A stretch of DNA of 64,000 bases, from contig NC_043015.1 of assembly GCF_006345805.1 (NCBI RefSeq), positions 14,260,001-14,324,000 of the forward strand, read 5' to 3'. The notes beneath the pieces are model-generated. The model worked only from the letters and a program-made list of their open reading frames with translations, did not search any database and was not told where the DNA came from. The stretch's first letter is position 1. Every line of letters starts with the position of its first letter. Positions 52,399-64,000 of this stretch are shown here, one piece after another. Source of the stretch: Octopus sinensis. Its lineage: Eukaryota. The translations under genes and the position numbers were made by a program.

Positions 52399-53042
52399 GT
52401 CATTATTCAGTCTATTTCAAGATTTCTTGCCAATAGAGAAAGAACCGGTTTCTAACCTAGATTCAAGGTTCCTTCATTGGAATGTCAACATCAACAACAG
52501 GGTATTTTTGTTTGTTTGTTTCTATGTGTGTATGTATGTATGTTTTATGTATGTATTCTCATGCATATAGTTACATATCTAGACATGCTCATATATATAT
52601 TATTCAGAGATACTTATTCAGATTATGTAAAAGATGATAAGAGATTAAAGCATATTATGATGGAAAACCTGACACAATAGTAACAATTACTATTATTTCT
52701 CAAAATGCACCAACAACAAATGAACAACAATAATAATCCATCATTATTTTATGGGTGGAGGCACATGGCTTAGTGGTTAGGGTGTCAGCATCATGATCAT
52801 AAGGTTGCGGTTTTGATTCCTGGACCAGGCAATGCACTGTGTTCTTGAGCAAAACACTTCATTTCACGTTGCTCCAGTCCACTCAGCTGGCAAAAATGAG
52901 TAATGCTGCGATGGACTGGCATCCCATCCAGCTGGGGAACACATACGCCATTGAAACCAGGCCCATGAGCCTGGCTAGGCTTTAAAAGGGCGCATTTATT
53001 TATTTGTTTATTATTTTATGGTCTTTGTATGTAATGCTTTAA

Positions 53043-53249
53043 CCCTTTAGTGTTCAGATTTTCTGTTAAATGTTTTCTGTTTATTTATTCACATTGTTTT
53101 GAGTTAGTCTTGCATTATCTTGTAGCTTCAAGATTTTGATGATGTGGTAGTTTATTTTTAGGAATGACATTGTAGGGTAAATCTGAGAGGTCAGAATATA
53201 AGGTAGGTAGAATATTTTGGCTGGATATGGCCAGTTAAATGCTAAAGGG
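53043..53249. mobile_element. piggyBac-type MITE family (TTAA-CCCTTTAG ... CTAAAGGG-TTAA), representative copy
   Basis: TIRs and TTAA flanks visible. Related copies at ~2146-2350, 8036-8262, 23752-23960, 33846-34070, 39950-40152, 58545-58635. Confidence 0.75.
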
Positions 53250-53774
53250 TTAAGCAAATATTGTATTTGCTAAGGAATGAAAATGAAAATATAATCTACT
53301 ATACAGACAACGAAACATCTACCACCACTGTAGATATACCAATCTTGTCTCTTTTTCAATGGGAAGAAAACAACAAAGATACCCATTACAATCAGCCCAC
53401 AAATAGAACACTTAATGGTCACTCCATATATTGGACATCATCGCCACCAAATGTAGCTAAGATCATATTCTAATAACTGGCCATTCTCTTCAGAACCAGC
53501 AGATGCTTCAGCTCCAAAAAGCTATGGTGAGGTCCACACTGAGGTATTGCTACCACTTTCTAAGATGCTGCTGCTGCTGCACACATGGACACCCTAGAAT
53601 TATTCTCATCATCATCGTTTTAATGTCCACTTTTATCCTATTTTTAAATTGTAAATTTAACCGGAGTATGTTCAATGCTGAATTTTATTCCAAATAAACA
53701 TATTGTACCGAGGTGCAATTCGAAAAAGCCCGCCTTTTACATAGATGTCTAAAGGGTGAACAATTCTATATGTT

Positions 53775-54200
53775 ACGCTGGATACATCGCAGAACTCCAG
53801 GAGCCTAGTTCCCTCTTCATTTCTGGTACCAACTCCATGGCTCCCATGTACACCAGCAAAGATGCCAGGTTGCTGTCCGACATGCCCATTAAAATCTCCA
53901 GCCACAAAGATGAGATCATTGTCACTCATCTTTGAGTAGCCTGAAGTAGCCTGCAGAAGAATATCATAAAATCAATCCTTCTCTCCATTTGGAAGGTCTG
54001 CTTGTGGGGTGTAGGCAGAGATAATTGCAACTATACCATTCTGCAAGACTAGCCTGAGTTTAAGTACTCTATTGCACACCCTCACTACCTCTATGACCTT
54101 ATCCACCCATTTCTCTGCAAGAAGTATGCCCACACCCCCTATTCCATCACTATTACCTTCAAGCATCTCTACAATCTCACTAGATCTACCTTTCAATGTG
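53775..54200 (-). mobile_element. RTE LINE AP-endonuclease fragment
   Basis: [57 protein letters not shown]. Confidence 0.9.
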
Positions 54201-54203
<3 letters not shown>

Positions 54204-54243
<40 letters not shown>

Positions 54244-54365
54244 GCATATACACACACACACATATATATACATCACATATATATATATACATATATATAT
54301 ACATCTGTATATATATATATATATATATATATACATCTGTATATATATATATACATCTGTATATA

Positions 54366-54410
<45 letters not shown>

Positions 54411-54489
54411 ATATATATATATGTACATATATATAAATATATGCATACATATATACATATATGCATACATATATACACATATATTTATA

Positions 54490-54541
<52 letters not shown>
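54204..54541. repeat. Long compound (TA)n/(CA)n microsatellite
   Basis: Directly visible. Other long (TA)n tracts at ~285-380, 9563-9593, 47557-47642, 50376-50470. Confidence 0.95.
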
Positions 54542-54542
<1 letters not shown>

Positions 54543-55409
54543 GGATGCGGTGAATAAACTGTCGTCTGAATTACGCAAAAATGAAAATAATGCTGACATC
54601 TTATTTTAACATATATTTACCAAAATTATATAAATCATCTCAAAATACTAAAGAGTAAATTTATTCAATAAAATTGCCATTGGCTTCAACCACAGCCACC
54701 AGATGATTTCAGAATCTCCTGCAACTCTTCAGGACAGTCTCCTTATTTAAGTTGGTGAATGCAGTTATAATCCTTGCCTTCAGTTCATCGTTGGTGTTAC
54801 AAGTTTTGTTGCTCTCTTGTTCAACTGCAACCCACACATAATAATCAAGGGGGCTGCAGATTGGGGAGTTAGGTGACCATATGTTAGGGGTGATATGATC
54901 GCAGAAATTGTCCAACAGCCATGACTGGGTTCTCCTGCTTGTGTGGTATGGTGCAGAGTCTTGTTGCCAGACATAGGGTCTTCCAGCAGCCACCCTCTTG
55001 ATTCAGGGCAGCAATATCTCCTCCAGGCACTTCATGTAGGCCTCTGTGTTGAGTCTGATGCTGTGTGGGAAGATGAATGGAAGCATAATGTCACCATCAC
55101 TATTGATCACTCCACATACCATGATGTTGACTGGATGTTTAATTTTTATTACTCTCAGTACATGTCCTCAGATTGACACCCAAACACTCTAGAATGTTCA
55201 TATTGGAGCTTCTAGTGCAAATGCCAAGCAGTACAGCATGTTGTTTCCAAATTTCTGGCAGAGTGAATTGTATCATGTTGCTGTTCTTCTCAAAGACAGT
55301 GCCCAACTGACCCTACTATATTGTGTAGTCAACAAAATCAAAAACAAACAATGCGCATGCACAAAATTAAAAATACAAAATGGTGACAATTTACCCATTG
55401 TACCCTGTA
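54541..55409 (-). mobile_element. Internally deleted maT/mariner-group DNA transposon, copy 2
   Basis: ORF 54709..54993: RPYVWQQDSAPYH..WSPNSPICSPLDYYVW; same termini and same internal junction as copy 1. Confidence 0.88.
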
Positions 55410-55544
55410 TACTTATATATATATATATATATATATATATGTTCTTTTGTGTAGATTTTGTTTTTAGAGTTTGGTTCTGAACTGGAAATATTAAACTTTC
55501 AGTTTCACGCTTCAAGTCTCCCTTTCTTAACCAATCCCATGACT

Positions 55545-57160
55545 GGTTTATTTATTTATTTATTTTGTTATATGGTATTGATGTTGTAACCAGTTTAATT
55601 ACTCTTCCAATTGGCTCACAGAATGTAGTCTACAACAAAAAACATTCTTAACTTTGTTCTTATTAAAATCTTGACATGCTGTCTATGTCTGTCCTTACTT
55701 TGCATCAAAGTCTTTCCAGATAATTTGCGTTTATCAAGTAAATATGTGAACACTTTTCTGCTCTGCACCCACTCCCAGATTAAGGTCTAGCTTTCCAAGT
55801 ATTACTCACAACTTCTTTGTCACAATTCCAAAAGTCCCAATGATAATTAGTATGATCATGACCTTCCAACCTCTTTCTTCCAGTATTTGAGAATTCCATA
55901 TTTCAAGTGAGTGTAATATTCTACATTTTCTTCCCTCTGGTATTAAATGAACATGCCACATCAATTACATGACACACTATCCATTGGGGTCCAACAAACT
56001 TTGTAAATAATCCTTCTTTCACCACCTTCTTATGAAGAACTTTTTCCTCTTCCATGCAGAATCCTAGACTTGTTCTTTTTCTATATAATTCTACAACCTC
56101 TTCAACACTCATTAACTCCCTTCTTCCTCTTGTTCTTTTCTAGTATTTACATCTGATTACAATACATGCTTCTGTGCATTGTAAGTCACTTGCTTGTACT
56201 ACTTGCAAGTCACTTCCTTGCTTTTATTCTTCAGTTCCTCCTTTCTCTTCCCAAAGTATAGCAACCATCACCTTATTAGTGGTACTGCCCCAAAATTGAT
56301 TACTTGTATAATATTTCTTGCATTCAATTTTGATTTTAAAATCTTCTTAATTATACAAAAATAATCTCTTGAGTTTATCAGTTACCAGTTTTCCAAGAAA
56401 CTTACAGGCTTCTTTTACACCTAAAAAAGCTTAAAAGCATAAAGGATTCCTTCAGTCATGAATGACCATGAGATTGCACCTAGAAAGTTTCCCTCTGAGG
56501 CACAAGTTCAGGCAAGGTTGTTTATGGAAGATCAGCAGCCCAGTGATGTCACAACTCATTTCTACAGCTGAGTGAAACCAAGCAATGCAAAATAAAATGT
56601 CTTGCTCGAAAACTCAACACACAGCCCAGTTCAGGAATTGAACTCACTGATGCTCTAACCACTAAGTCATCTACATCTAAGCTATTGATATTTTTAACAC
56701 CAGATACAGTGATTCCAACACTTTTACATTTTTTCCATGCTTTATGTCTATCACAGTCCATTTCTTGATACCAAATTTTATCCCAGTGTCACAACTCAAT
56801 ATTCATAGTTTGAACCAAATAATCTACGTGATTGTTGTTTTTACCATAAAGCTTTAAATTATCCATGAAAATTCACTTTTCCCTAATTTTTTCCAAAGAA
56901 TATCGTATTTAGCTTTAATTAAAATAAATGACAAAATGATCTGTGCTATTTCAAACAAAATATGAAGGCGAGGTTGTCCACTTGAAAGATTCTTTTTCTA
57001 ATCTGTACATCTGCTAATCTTTCTTTCCTAACAATTACTCTCCAATGTTGCATTGCATTTTCTAACAGACATCTAACCTTTTCCTAGATCTTTGATGGAT
57101 CCATACAACACTAGACTGACAAGTGTTGAACTAGATCATGTACCTTTTTATAATTGATTT
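55545..57160 (-). mobile_element. Decayed R4/Dong-like (RLE-type) non-LTR retrotransposon, interrupted by a SINE remnant at ~56440-56690
   Basis: Minus-strand peptides RKRIFQVDNL (RT GIFQGDSL-like), FMDNLKLYGK (FMDDLKL-like), KKILKSKLNARNIIQVIN..AVPLIR, and R.LMSVEEVVE. Confidence 0.75.
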
Positions 57161-57411
57161 GAGCAAGCATAGCTGTGTGGTAAGAAATTTGCTTCTCAAC
57201 CACATAGTTCCAGGTTCAGTACCACTGCATGACACCTGTCTGAGAGCATTGTGTGTTACAGAGGTGAAGGGATAAGAACTGATTCAATGATTCCAGGTTC
57301 AGTCCCACTGCACAACACCTTAGATGAGTGTCATAGAGCCAACCAAAACCTTGAGAATGGATTTGGTAGCTGGAAGCTCAAAGAAGCCCGTTGTTTGAAT
57401 GTATGTATGTG

Positions 57412-57720
57412 TGTGGAGGCGCAATGGCCCAGTGGTTAGGGCAGCGGACTCGTGGTTGGAGGATCATAGTTTCGATTCCCAGACCAGGCACTGTGTGTAT
57501 TTATTGAGCGAAAACACCTAAAGCTCCACGAGGCTCTGGCAGGGGGTGGTGGCAACCCCTGTTGTACTCTTTCACCCCAACTTTCTCTCACTCCTTCTTC
57601 CTGCTTCTTGAGTAACGCTGCGATGGACTGGCGTCCCATCTAGCTGGGTGGAACACATACGCCATAGAAACTGGGAAACCAGGCCCATGAGTCTGGCTAG
57701 GCTTGAAAAAGGCGCATAAA
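57412..57720 (+). mobile_element. tRNA-derived SINE (family D/E); related copies at 52755-52995 and 60362-60601
   Basis: Head gtggaggcgcaatggcccagtggttaggg...gtttcgattccc; shared 3' half gatggactggc.tcc..ccagctggg..ggcccatgag.ctggctaggc. Confidence 0.8.
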
Positions 57721-59589
57721 TAAAAAAAAAATGCATGTATGTATGATGTATGTATGTATGAATGTATGATTTATGTATGTATGTATGTATGTATATATCT
57801 ATGTGTGTTTCGTCGGTGTTTGTCCCCAACCACTACTTCACAATGGGTGTTGGTGTGTTTATATCCTGTTACTTAGTAGTTCAGCAAAAGTGATCAATAG
57901 AATAAGCACTAGGCTTTAAAAAAAGTACTAGACTTGATTCATTCAACTAAAAGTTCTTCAAGGCTGTGTCCCAGCATAATCTGGCTCGCCAGTCCTCAGT
58001 CAAATCATCCAACCCATGCAAGCATGGAAAGTGGACGTTAAACGATGATGATGATGATGATTGTTTTGAATTAATCATGCATTATTTTGTAGATTTGAGA
58101 TTTTGATGAGGTATTTACTCTTTTACTTGTTTCAGACATTTGACTGTGGCAGTGCTGGAGTACCAACTTTAGTCGAGCAAATCGACCCCAGGACTTATTC
58201 TTTGTAAGCCTAATACTTATTCTATTGGTCTCTTTTGCCGAATCGCTAAGTAATGGGGATGTAAACACACCAGCATCGGTTGTCAAGCGATGTTGGGGGG
58301 ACAAAGACAGACACACAAACATATACACACACATACATATATATATATACATATATATATATACATATATATGACAGGCTTCTTTCAGTTTCTGTCTACC
58401 AAATCCACTCACAAGGCTTTGGTTGGCCCGAGGCTATAGTAGAAGACACTTGCCCAAGTTGCCGTGCAGTAGGACTGAACCCGGAACCATGTGGTTGGTA
58501 AGCAAGCTACTTGCCACACAGCCACTCTTGTACCTACTTGTTAATTTTTAGAATGATATTGTTGGGTAAGTCTGAGAAGCCAAATCAGGCTAGTTTGAAC
58601 TTAAAACAAGTAGAATATTTTGGCCAGATATGGCTGGTTTAAATACTAAAGGGTTAATACATTGACCTCATTAGTCTCAGAGAGCTTGCAAAGGCCTTGA
58701 GCACAGCTCTCTCCTCCAGAACAATTTAATAGAAAAAAAATTAGGTGATTGTTCCCAAATGTTTGTAAATAAAAAGAAACTGTTTCTCACACAGACAAGA
58801 GAAAATTAGATCCACAATAAAACAGGGTTGGAAATATGCATAGCAACAACTTGCTATGTAAGTAAAACTAATAAAAGGAGAGAATATGAGAAATACGGAA
58901 TTTTCTGTCTGAGAACTCTTTTCTCTTTTTTGATAAGAAAAGAAGTTGGGATCGTGTTGAGTAAATATTGATCTCTAGTGCCTCATCAATAATTTTTACA
59001 TTGAACTGTGCTTGTAAATAACAATGGGCAATGCTAAATTTAAGGTTATTGTGATTTTTGAAAACAAAAAAAGAACCTTAAAAGTGGTACTTTATCTTCA
59101 GTATGAGTACATGAGTTAAGCAAATAACTTTAATCATGGACTAATATCTAAAAATATAGTCTCTTTTGTTGAAGACAGCAAATAATGACTGTCTCCTGAT
59201 ATAATGCTTCTATTATCTTTAATGCAAATTGATTGAACTTGAGCAAATAAGTCAAGCCACTACTACTACTACTACTGCTAGTAGTAGTAGTAGTAGTAAG
59301 ACCAATACATTAATGCTAGTCAAGACTTGTTAATAATATCTCTTATTGATACTTCAATATTTCATTAAATATTTCTTAATCTTCGCCATTCATCTATTCC
59401 CTAGGAATTTTCATACATCTCCTGCCTTCAAAACAACAACAGTGGTGTCAATGAGTAAATTAATTCTTCAATTGTGTTAAAACCCCACCCAGAAAAACTT
59501 GTATTATTGAGACAAATTTAGAAATCATACTCATATATTTTTAACAATAGGGCTGAGAGAAAATATCTCAGGAGAATTCTGCATACTAA

Positions 59590-59825
59590 ATACACAGACA
59601 ACAGTATCTCACAAAATGTAAAGGGACTGTAAAAAAAGCTAAAACGTGGAGGGGACAGGTGGAGGAGGAGATTGGGCGGGATGGCTTGAGAAGCGAGGAC
59701 GCCCAAAACCAGGCAAGATGGCGAGACGGTGTGAGGGCGGTTGCTATGGCATTGAAGTAGATCCGACCACCCCACTTAATGGGAACAAAACCCAGATTTA
59801 AACACTGGATGATGATGATGATGCT
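59590..59825 (+). mobile_element. RTE LINE 3' end with (GAT)n tail
   Basis: WRGQVEEEIGRDGLRSEDAQNQARWRDGVRAVA followed by a short 3' UTR and gatgatgatg. Confidence 0.75.
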
Positions 59826-61329
59826 CTTTGGTCCATCTCTCTTTTAATTGTTTTCATTTTATTTTGACAGACACTAGCAATGAGAAGCAGACATTCTGTC
59901 AGTGGCCGTGGCTTCTGACTTGCATTACACATGCTTACTAGCGTGATGGCATAAAACTCAACATTTCTCACAAATTTTCATTTGGCTGAGATTATTTCTA
60001 TTCATATTTGTATTGTTATTCATGGCTTATGGGTTATATAATGTTACCATTGTTTTACATTCATTCATTTTTGCCTTTGTGTTTGTGCTTCATTCTTGGT
60101 TAAGCAATTTTTTTCAAAACAATATATTTTTTATGCATAATCAAAAGAAGGAGGACATAAAATAAGCATTAGTTGGTCTGGTTTGTTAATTTGGCTTAGA
60201 TATCTAGTGACATTATAGGACTTATTGTTTAACAGGAGGGCACTAGGCTTCACCATAACATGAAGCCAGTACTTTGTTATTATCATCATCATTGCTATTA
60301 TGTAAGACAGTAAGCTGGCAGAGACATTAGTGCTGAAAAAATGCTTTGCAATATTTCTTCTTGTGGAGGCGTGTGGCTTAATGGTTAGGGTGTCAGCATC
60401 ATGATCGTAAGATTGTGGTTTCGATTCCTGGACCAGGTGACGCGTTGTGTTCTTGAGCAAAACACTTCATTTCACATCGCTCCAGTCCACTCAGCTGGCA
60501 AAAATGAATAACGCTACGATGGACTGGCATCCTGTCCAGCTGGGGAACCATAAGCCAAAGAAACCGGGCCCATGAGCCTGGCTAGGCTTTAAAAGGGCGC
60601 ATTTACTTTTTTTTTATATTTCTTCTTACTCATTATATTCCAAGTTCCAATTCCACCAAGGTCAACTTTACCTTGCCTCCTTTCAGAGTAAATACAATAA
60701 GTAGTAGTTGAGCACAGGGTCTCTGAAACTGACTTGCCCCTACCCCCTAAAAAAACTGCTGGCCTTGTGCCAAATTTTGAAACCACTGTTATTATTTGGT
60801 GAGCTGGCAAAATCATTAGCATGTTGGACAAAGTGCTTAGCGGTATTTCATTCATCCATACATTCAGAGTTCAAATTCCATTGAGATCAGTTTTGCTTTT
60901 CATCCTCTGAAGGTCAATAAAATAAGTACCAGTTGAGTGCCAAAAAAAAAAGGTGAAGTTTCCTTCTCAACTCATAAGGGCCTGTTTCTTGGTTTCCATG
61001 CCGTATATATTCCTCACCTGGACAGGATGCTGGTCTGTTGCAGGATTACTCATTCTTGCCAGCTAAGTGGACTGGAGAAATGTGAAATGAAATGCTTTGC
61101 TCAAGAACACATATTGCCCAGTCCAGGAATCAAAACCACAATCTTACAATCATGAGTCCAACACCCTAACCAAACCACTAAGTCACATGCTTCCACACCA
61201 GTTGAGTACTGGGCTCAATGCAATCAACTTACCCCGAAATTGCTGGCCTTGTGCCAAAATTTGAAATCATTATCATTAACCTAGTGGTTAGGGTATTGCA
61301 CTTATGATTGCAAGGTCACAGTTTTAGAC

Positions 61330-62070
61330 CAGGTGGTGCCTCTGGACTTCTTCATGTACTGAAAAACCACCAGAAATGGCATCCTTGGGACCATGGCTTC
61401 CGTGCAAGAACCCTTGAAACTGCCTCCTCACAGGAGTTTGAACCCAAAAGAACATGACAGTAGACATGAGTTGTATTCTATTCACTGACGAAAGCAGAGC
61501 CATCCTTGACAAACCTGACAGTTGGGCAAACGGTTGGGTCTGTTTTGAAGATGAGCATCACCAACATTTACAACATCAACAAGAGGGTGGAGGAGACATG
61601 TTGTAGGCTGGTATCACTGGGGACAGACATGTTGGCCCAGTCAGGATAGCTGAAGAAATTAAAGTGACCACAACCACCTACTGCAATCTCCTGAAGGAAG
61701 TCTTGGCTCCCTGGTTAGATGACATACTGCTGTCACTTCTAAGGAATCTTGTATTCATGCATGGCAATGCTCCCTCCCACTCTGCTAGGACCACGTAAAA
61801 TTCCTAGGGTCTTACAGCATATTAGGTGAAAAGTTGATGGTGAGGCCGCTCGCATATCTGGATCTCAGCCCTATCGAAAATCTTTGGTCCATCATTAAAC
61901 AAGACGTTTATGCTGATGGAGGCCAATTTACATCGAAAGATGTCTTATGGGTGACCATCAAAGCTGTAGCAGAAGCAGTCCAACCTGCTACTATTAAGGA
62001 ATTGGCAGACTCCATAACTAATAGGGTTTTTGAAGTTATCTATCAAAATGGTGCCCATGTGGTTAAATAA
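61330..62070 (+). mobile_element. Decayed Tc1-like DD(34)E transposase
   Basis: LFTDESR, VFMHGNAPSHSAR and LDLSPIENLWSIIK (ORF 61834..62070). Confidence 0.88.
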
Positions 62071-62391
62071 TTCATTATGTCAATAAATGTTATAATATTA
62101 TTATGGGTTTCTGTTAAATATTTACTCAATGTATGCTTAATATGTATCATTACCACTGCTTCATAAATAGTGTTGGTGTGTTTACATCCCCATAACTTAG
62201 CAGTTCAGCAAAAGAGACCGACAGAATATGTACCAAGTTTGAAAAAAGAAAATGAATATTAGAGTCGATTCATTCAACTAAAATTTCTTCAAGGCGGTGT
62301 GCCAGTATGGCTGCAGTCTAACAAGTGAAACAGATAAAAGATACAAGCTTACAAAAAAAAAAGGAAAAAAGAAAAAACAAGGTATAAATAC

Positions 62392-62489
62392 CTTCACTAC
62401 ATTTGTTCCATTGGCAGCAGATACAAAATAAAGTGGCATTTTATGTTTCTCAGGAAAGTTAAAACTTTTCTTTGTCATATTCATATCAG
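62392..62489 (-). CDS. RABL2: RABL2 exon: (A)DMNMTKKSFNFPEKHKMPLYFVSAANGTNVVK (G5 region of Rab-like GTPase)
   Basis: Minus-strand tttttgtag acceptor and gtattt donor, 98 nt. Matches human RABL2 TQKSFNFAKKFSLPLYFVSAADGTNVVK as I recall it. Part of ORF 62278..62484. Confidence 0.92.
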
Positions 62490-63371
62490 CTACAAAAAAG
62501 CAAAGAAAACTTCCTTAGGAATTAAACAGGTATTTAAAATAGTCAATATGATAGATAGTTAATCTGTTAGACAATGTTCAAGGATTTAAAATTTGTTTCA
62601 GGCATGGCTGTGTGATAAGAAGCTTTCTTCCCAACCACATGGTTCTGGGGTCAGTCCCTCAGTGTGGCACCTTAGGCAAGTGTCTTCTACTATAGCCCTG
62701 GACCAACTAAAAGCCTTGCAAGTAGATTTTGTAGATGGAAACTGAAAGAAGCCTGTCATGTGTGTATCTGTGTTTGTATTTGTCCCCTACTACTGCGGAC
62801 AAACGGTATTTGTTTGTTATATCCCCATAATTTAGCAATTTTGCAATAGAATGAGTACCAGGTTTAAAAAAGAAGCACTGGTGTCAATTTGTTAAACTAG
62901 GCCCTTCAAAGGAGTGCTCAAGCATGACCACAGAGCAATGACTGAAACAAATATAAAAAAAAAAGATAAAAGTTAATATATTTCATATCATTATTTACAA
63001 ACAGCAACCAATTTCACATCATTAACTATTATCCCTAAATAAATCAGAGACTAATCCCTAAAGCCAACTCAGTTCACTATGTTTATATGTTATCCTTTTC
63101 AATCCAGTGGTCTCTGAGCTTAAAGGGTATGTTGTTGCTGAAGGGCCATTAGCAAACTGCTTTGGATATGTAGATGTAGTGGGATGGTGATTCAGGTACC
63201 AGAATCCAATTTTTCGATTATCTATTCACACATGACGGATGCCCAAATGCAAACCTGGAAGTATGTATAATACTAATACTGGATAGCACAGGGTAAATCT
63301 GAAGGTGGATGAGATTTATATTGTACTCTAATACATTCTTAACAGAATATACCATAACTATATATATATAT

Positions 63372-63587
63372 ATAAATGTGACCGCATGTGTACTGTTGGC
63401 GATTTTTTTTCCTCTGTCTTCCTTTCTCTGGATCTTTCCTTCTCCTATGTTTCCAACAAAGAGCTCCGCTCGAAACGTTAAACCCTCCTTCTTTCCTTCT
63501 TTCCTGAGCGTCCAATAATACTATATTTTTTCCACGCCCTCGCGTTGTTGTGTTTTTTTTTTGTGCTTTCTTGTTTGGATTAACTTT
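63372..63587 (+). mobile_element. Penelope-associated terminal repeat with degenerate hammerhead-like motif (63449-63483), between (TA)n tracts
   Basis: GTTT-CCAACAA-A-GAGC-tcc-GCTC-GAAA-CG-TT-AAAC. Confidence 0.55.
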
Positions 63588-63829
63588 ATATATATATATA
63601 TATTTCAGCCTTTCTGCCACATCTACATCATCAATGACCTTAATGCTTATGCCTACAATGCTGCTAACACCAGCTCCTGTCCACGGCAGGGTCCACAATC
63701 TTAACATGCCTAAATGCTTGAATGTTGTCAGGTCGGAAGAGAGATCAGAAGAAAAATGCCACGAAAACGATCACCACCACAACAACCCTCTTCTTTTCAG
63801 GCGCTGAATTGCTCCCCTCCCCCCCCACA

Positions 63830-64000
63830 TCTCTTTCCCAGTTTTCAGAGTTGGCACTGTCAATGTTGGTACATTGAAAGGTAGGTCTAGTGAGATTGTA
63901 GAGATGCTTGAGAGAAGACAGGTTGATGTATGCTGCATACAAGAGGTAAGATGGAGAGGTGCTTCAGCTAGGATCCTCACAGGCAAGGCACTTAGGTACA
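63830..64000 (+). mobile_element. RTE LINE endonuclease N-terminus, running off the window
   Basis: [38 protein letters not shown]. Confidence 0.9.

Noticed and set aside
53972-54599. Several overlapping long ORFs rich in YIYIYI
   Set aside because: Produced by stop-free frames of the (TA)n microsatellite; the only meaningful part is the RTE fragment.
62490-64000. Next upstream RABL2 exon (G4 NKID region)
   Set aside because: Not found in the remaining 1.5 kb; the sequence is SINE, Penelope-type and RTE derived.

Overview
AT-rich animal genomic DNA. The (TA)n/(CAT)n microsatellites, tRNA-derived SINEs, RTE LINEs and MITEs suggest an octopod cephalopod; this is inferred from the repeat landscape, not verified. 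Two spliced protein-coding genes face each other tail-to-tail. On +, the 3' half of a Shank/ProSAP synaptic scaffold gene has five exons from 10934 to 19979 encoding PDZ, a long proline-rich region and a C-terminal SAM domain; its 5' exons are not recognisable in the window. On -, the last three coding exons of RABL2 lie at 62392-62489, 27432-27515 and 21499-21558, split by ~35 kb and ~5.9 kb introns. The stop codons are only ~1.5 kb apart, and the same convergent SHANK3-RABL2B neighbourhood exists at human 22q13.33. The rest is mostly transposon debris: RTE, R4/Dong-like, Penelope-like, hAT, Tc1/mariner/maT, piggyBac-type MITEs and SINEs. Most notable beyond the genes: minimal hammerhead-ribozyme-like folds with covarying stems in several Penelope-associated repeats, one fused to a tRNA-derived Pol III head; a near-identical inverted duplication bracketing the first PDZ exon; two long fold-back hairpins; and a head-to-tail train of SINEs. 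No CRISPR array, rRNA or intact tRNA gene is supported. Repeat boundaries were read by eye and are approximate; exon boundaries were checked for AG/GT and reading phase.
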